Origin: an uncultured Candidatus Saccharibacteria bacterium
GTDB taxonomy: Bacteria; Patescibacteriota; Saccharimonadia; Saccharimonadales; Saccharimonadaceae
DNA: 24,000 bases
Assembly: GCA_937859515.1 (NCBI GenBank)
Contig: CALMAK010000018.1
Coordinates: forward strand, 16,215-40,214
Direction: 5' to 3'
The notes under the pieces are model-generated. The model searched no databases, was not told the DNA's origin, and saw nothing but the letters and a program-made list of their open reading frames with translations. The first letter of the stretch is position 1; the number at the start of each line of letters is the position of its first letter. Both the position numbers and the translations under genes were made by a program. Below are positions 23,601 to 24,000 of the stretch, one piece after another.

Positions 23601-23640
23601 GGAGGAGCGCAACGAAGTGAAGCGATATCTCCCCTCCTCT
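23601..23640 (+). pseudogene. Internally deleted tRNA-Ser(GCU)-like remnant
   Basis: GGAGGAG (23601-23607) equals the tRNA 5' acceptor strand. ATCTCCCCTCCTC (23627-23639) equals tRNA positions 23435-23447. The D, anticodon and variable arms are missing. The remnant is preceded by a diverged copy of the tRNA leader. Confidence 0.45.
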
Positions 23641-23705
23641 CTCACGTGACCTACAGCTAGAGGTTTTTTCTTGCATCTACCCCGCTTGTGGTAAACTAAA
23701 AATAT

Positions 23706-24000
23706 ATGAATCCCGAAGAGAACCAGGAGAATTATTGGCAAGAAAATCAACAGCAGGCACCTGCTACTGATTATCCACAAGAGGTGTATCAACCTTCGGT
23801 TGAGGAGATTGAAGACGATACAGAGGTAACGGAAGGCATCGAACCCGTTGAAGTGCCAGACGAAGTTCCGGTTCAATGGATAGCTCGTGAATATATTGAT
23901 GAGGCCAAGGGCACGGGTTGGTATGCTATTTTTGCTCTTGTGGCGATTGGATTTATTGCGGCTGACATCTTTCTGCTGCGATCATGGCTATACACCTTCT
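23706..24000 (+). CDS. Hypothetical membrane protein (3'-truncated by window edge)
   Basis: This ORF is not in the ORF track because it has no stop in the window. The ATG at 23706 opens MNPEENQENYWQENQQQAPATDYPQEVYQPSVEEIEDDTEV...WIAREYIDEAKGTGWYAIFALVAIGFIAADIFLL, an acidic N-terminus followed by a TM helix. Confidence 0.6.
   Translation, partial: MNPEENQENYWQENQQQAPATDYPQEVYQPSVEEIEDDTEVTEGIEPVEVPDEVPVQWIAREYIDEAKGTGWYAIFALVAIGFIAADIFLLRSWLYTF

Noticed and set aside
23485-23876. Two minus-strand ORFs (63 and 95 aa) downstream of tRNA-Ser(GCU)
   Set aside because: One covers the tRNA-remnant and leader-duplicate region. The other is antisense to a more convincing plus-strand CDS starting at 23706, which has an acidic N-terminus followed by a TM helix. 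Neither has an RBS.

Overview
The window starts in a replication-origin neighbourhood: the 3' part of dnaA, a spacer rich in DnaA boxes, then dnaN and recF. The genome looks small and monoderm-like. By inference it is a CPR/Patescibacteria (Saccharibacteria-like) lineage using the standard code, since TGA acts as a stop here.

From about 3.4 to 17.7 kb, a tightly packed 12-gene minus-strand operon encodes a minimal, Gram-positive-style type IV secretion (T4SS)-like apparatus. In transcription order the genes are:
- a lipoprotein
- an extended VirB6/TrbL-like polytopic protein
- a PrgI/VirB3-like protein with a Pro/Gln-rich tail
- a 287-aa protein resembling a stand-alone VirB4 N-domain
- a VirB4 ATPase
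- a 667-aa membrane protein of unknown function
- a signal-less M23 peptidase, in frame with the 667-aa protein
- four bitopic proteins that form two paralogous pairs
- a CwlT-like lysozyme + NlpC/P60 hydrolase, flanked by those pairs

Divergently transcribed from it (17.8-19.8 kb) is a four-gene operon of VirB2/TrbC-like two-helix pilin paralogues, one of which is a tandem double-domain fusion. A fifth orphan pilin lies at 22.7-23.1 kb. The window contains no coupling protein, relaxase, VirB11 or integrase.

The remaining features are hsp20, comF, two tRNA-Ser genes with hairpin terminators, a decayed duplicate of the tRNA-Ser(GCU) locus, a polytopic membrane protein, and a 3'-truncated CDS at the right edge. 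All product calls rest on motifs I could read in the translations. No database search was run.
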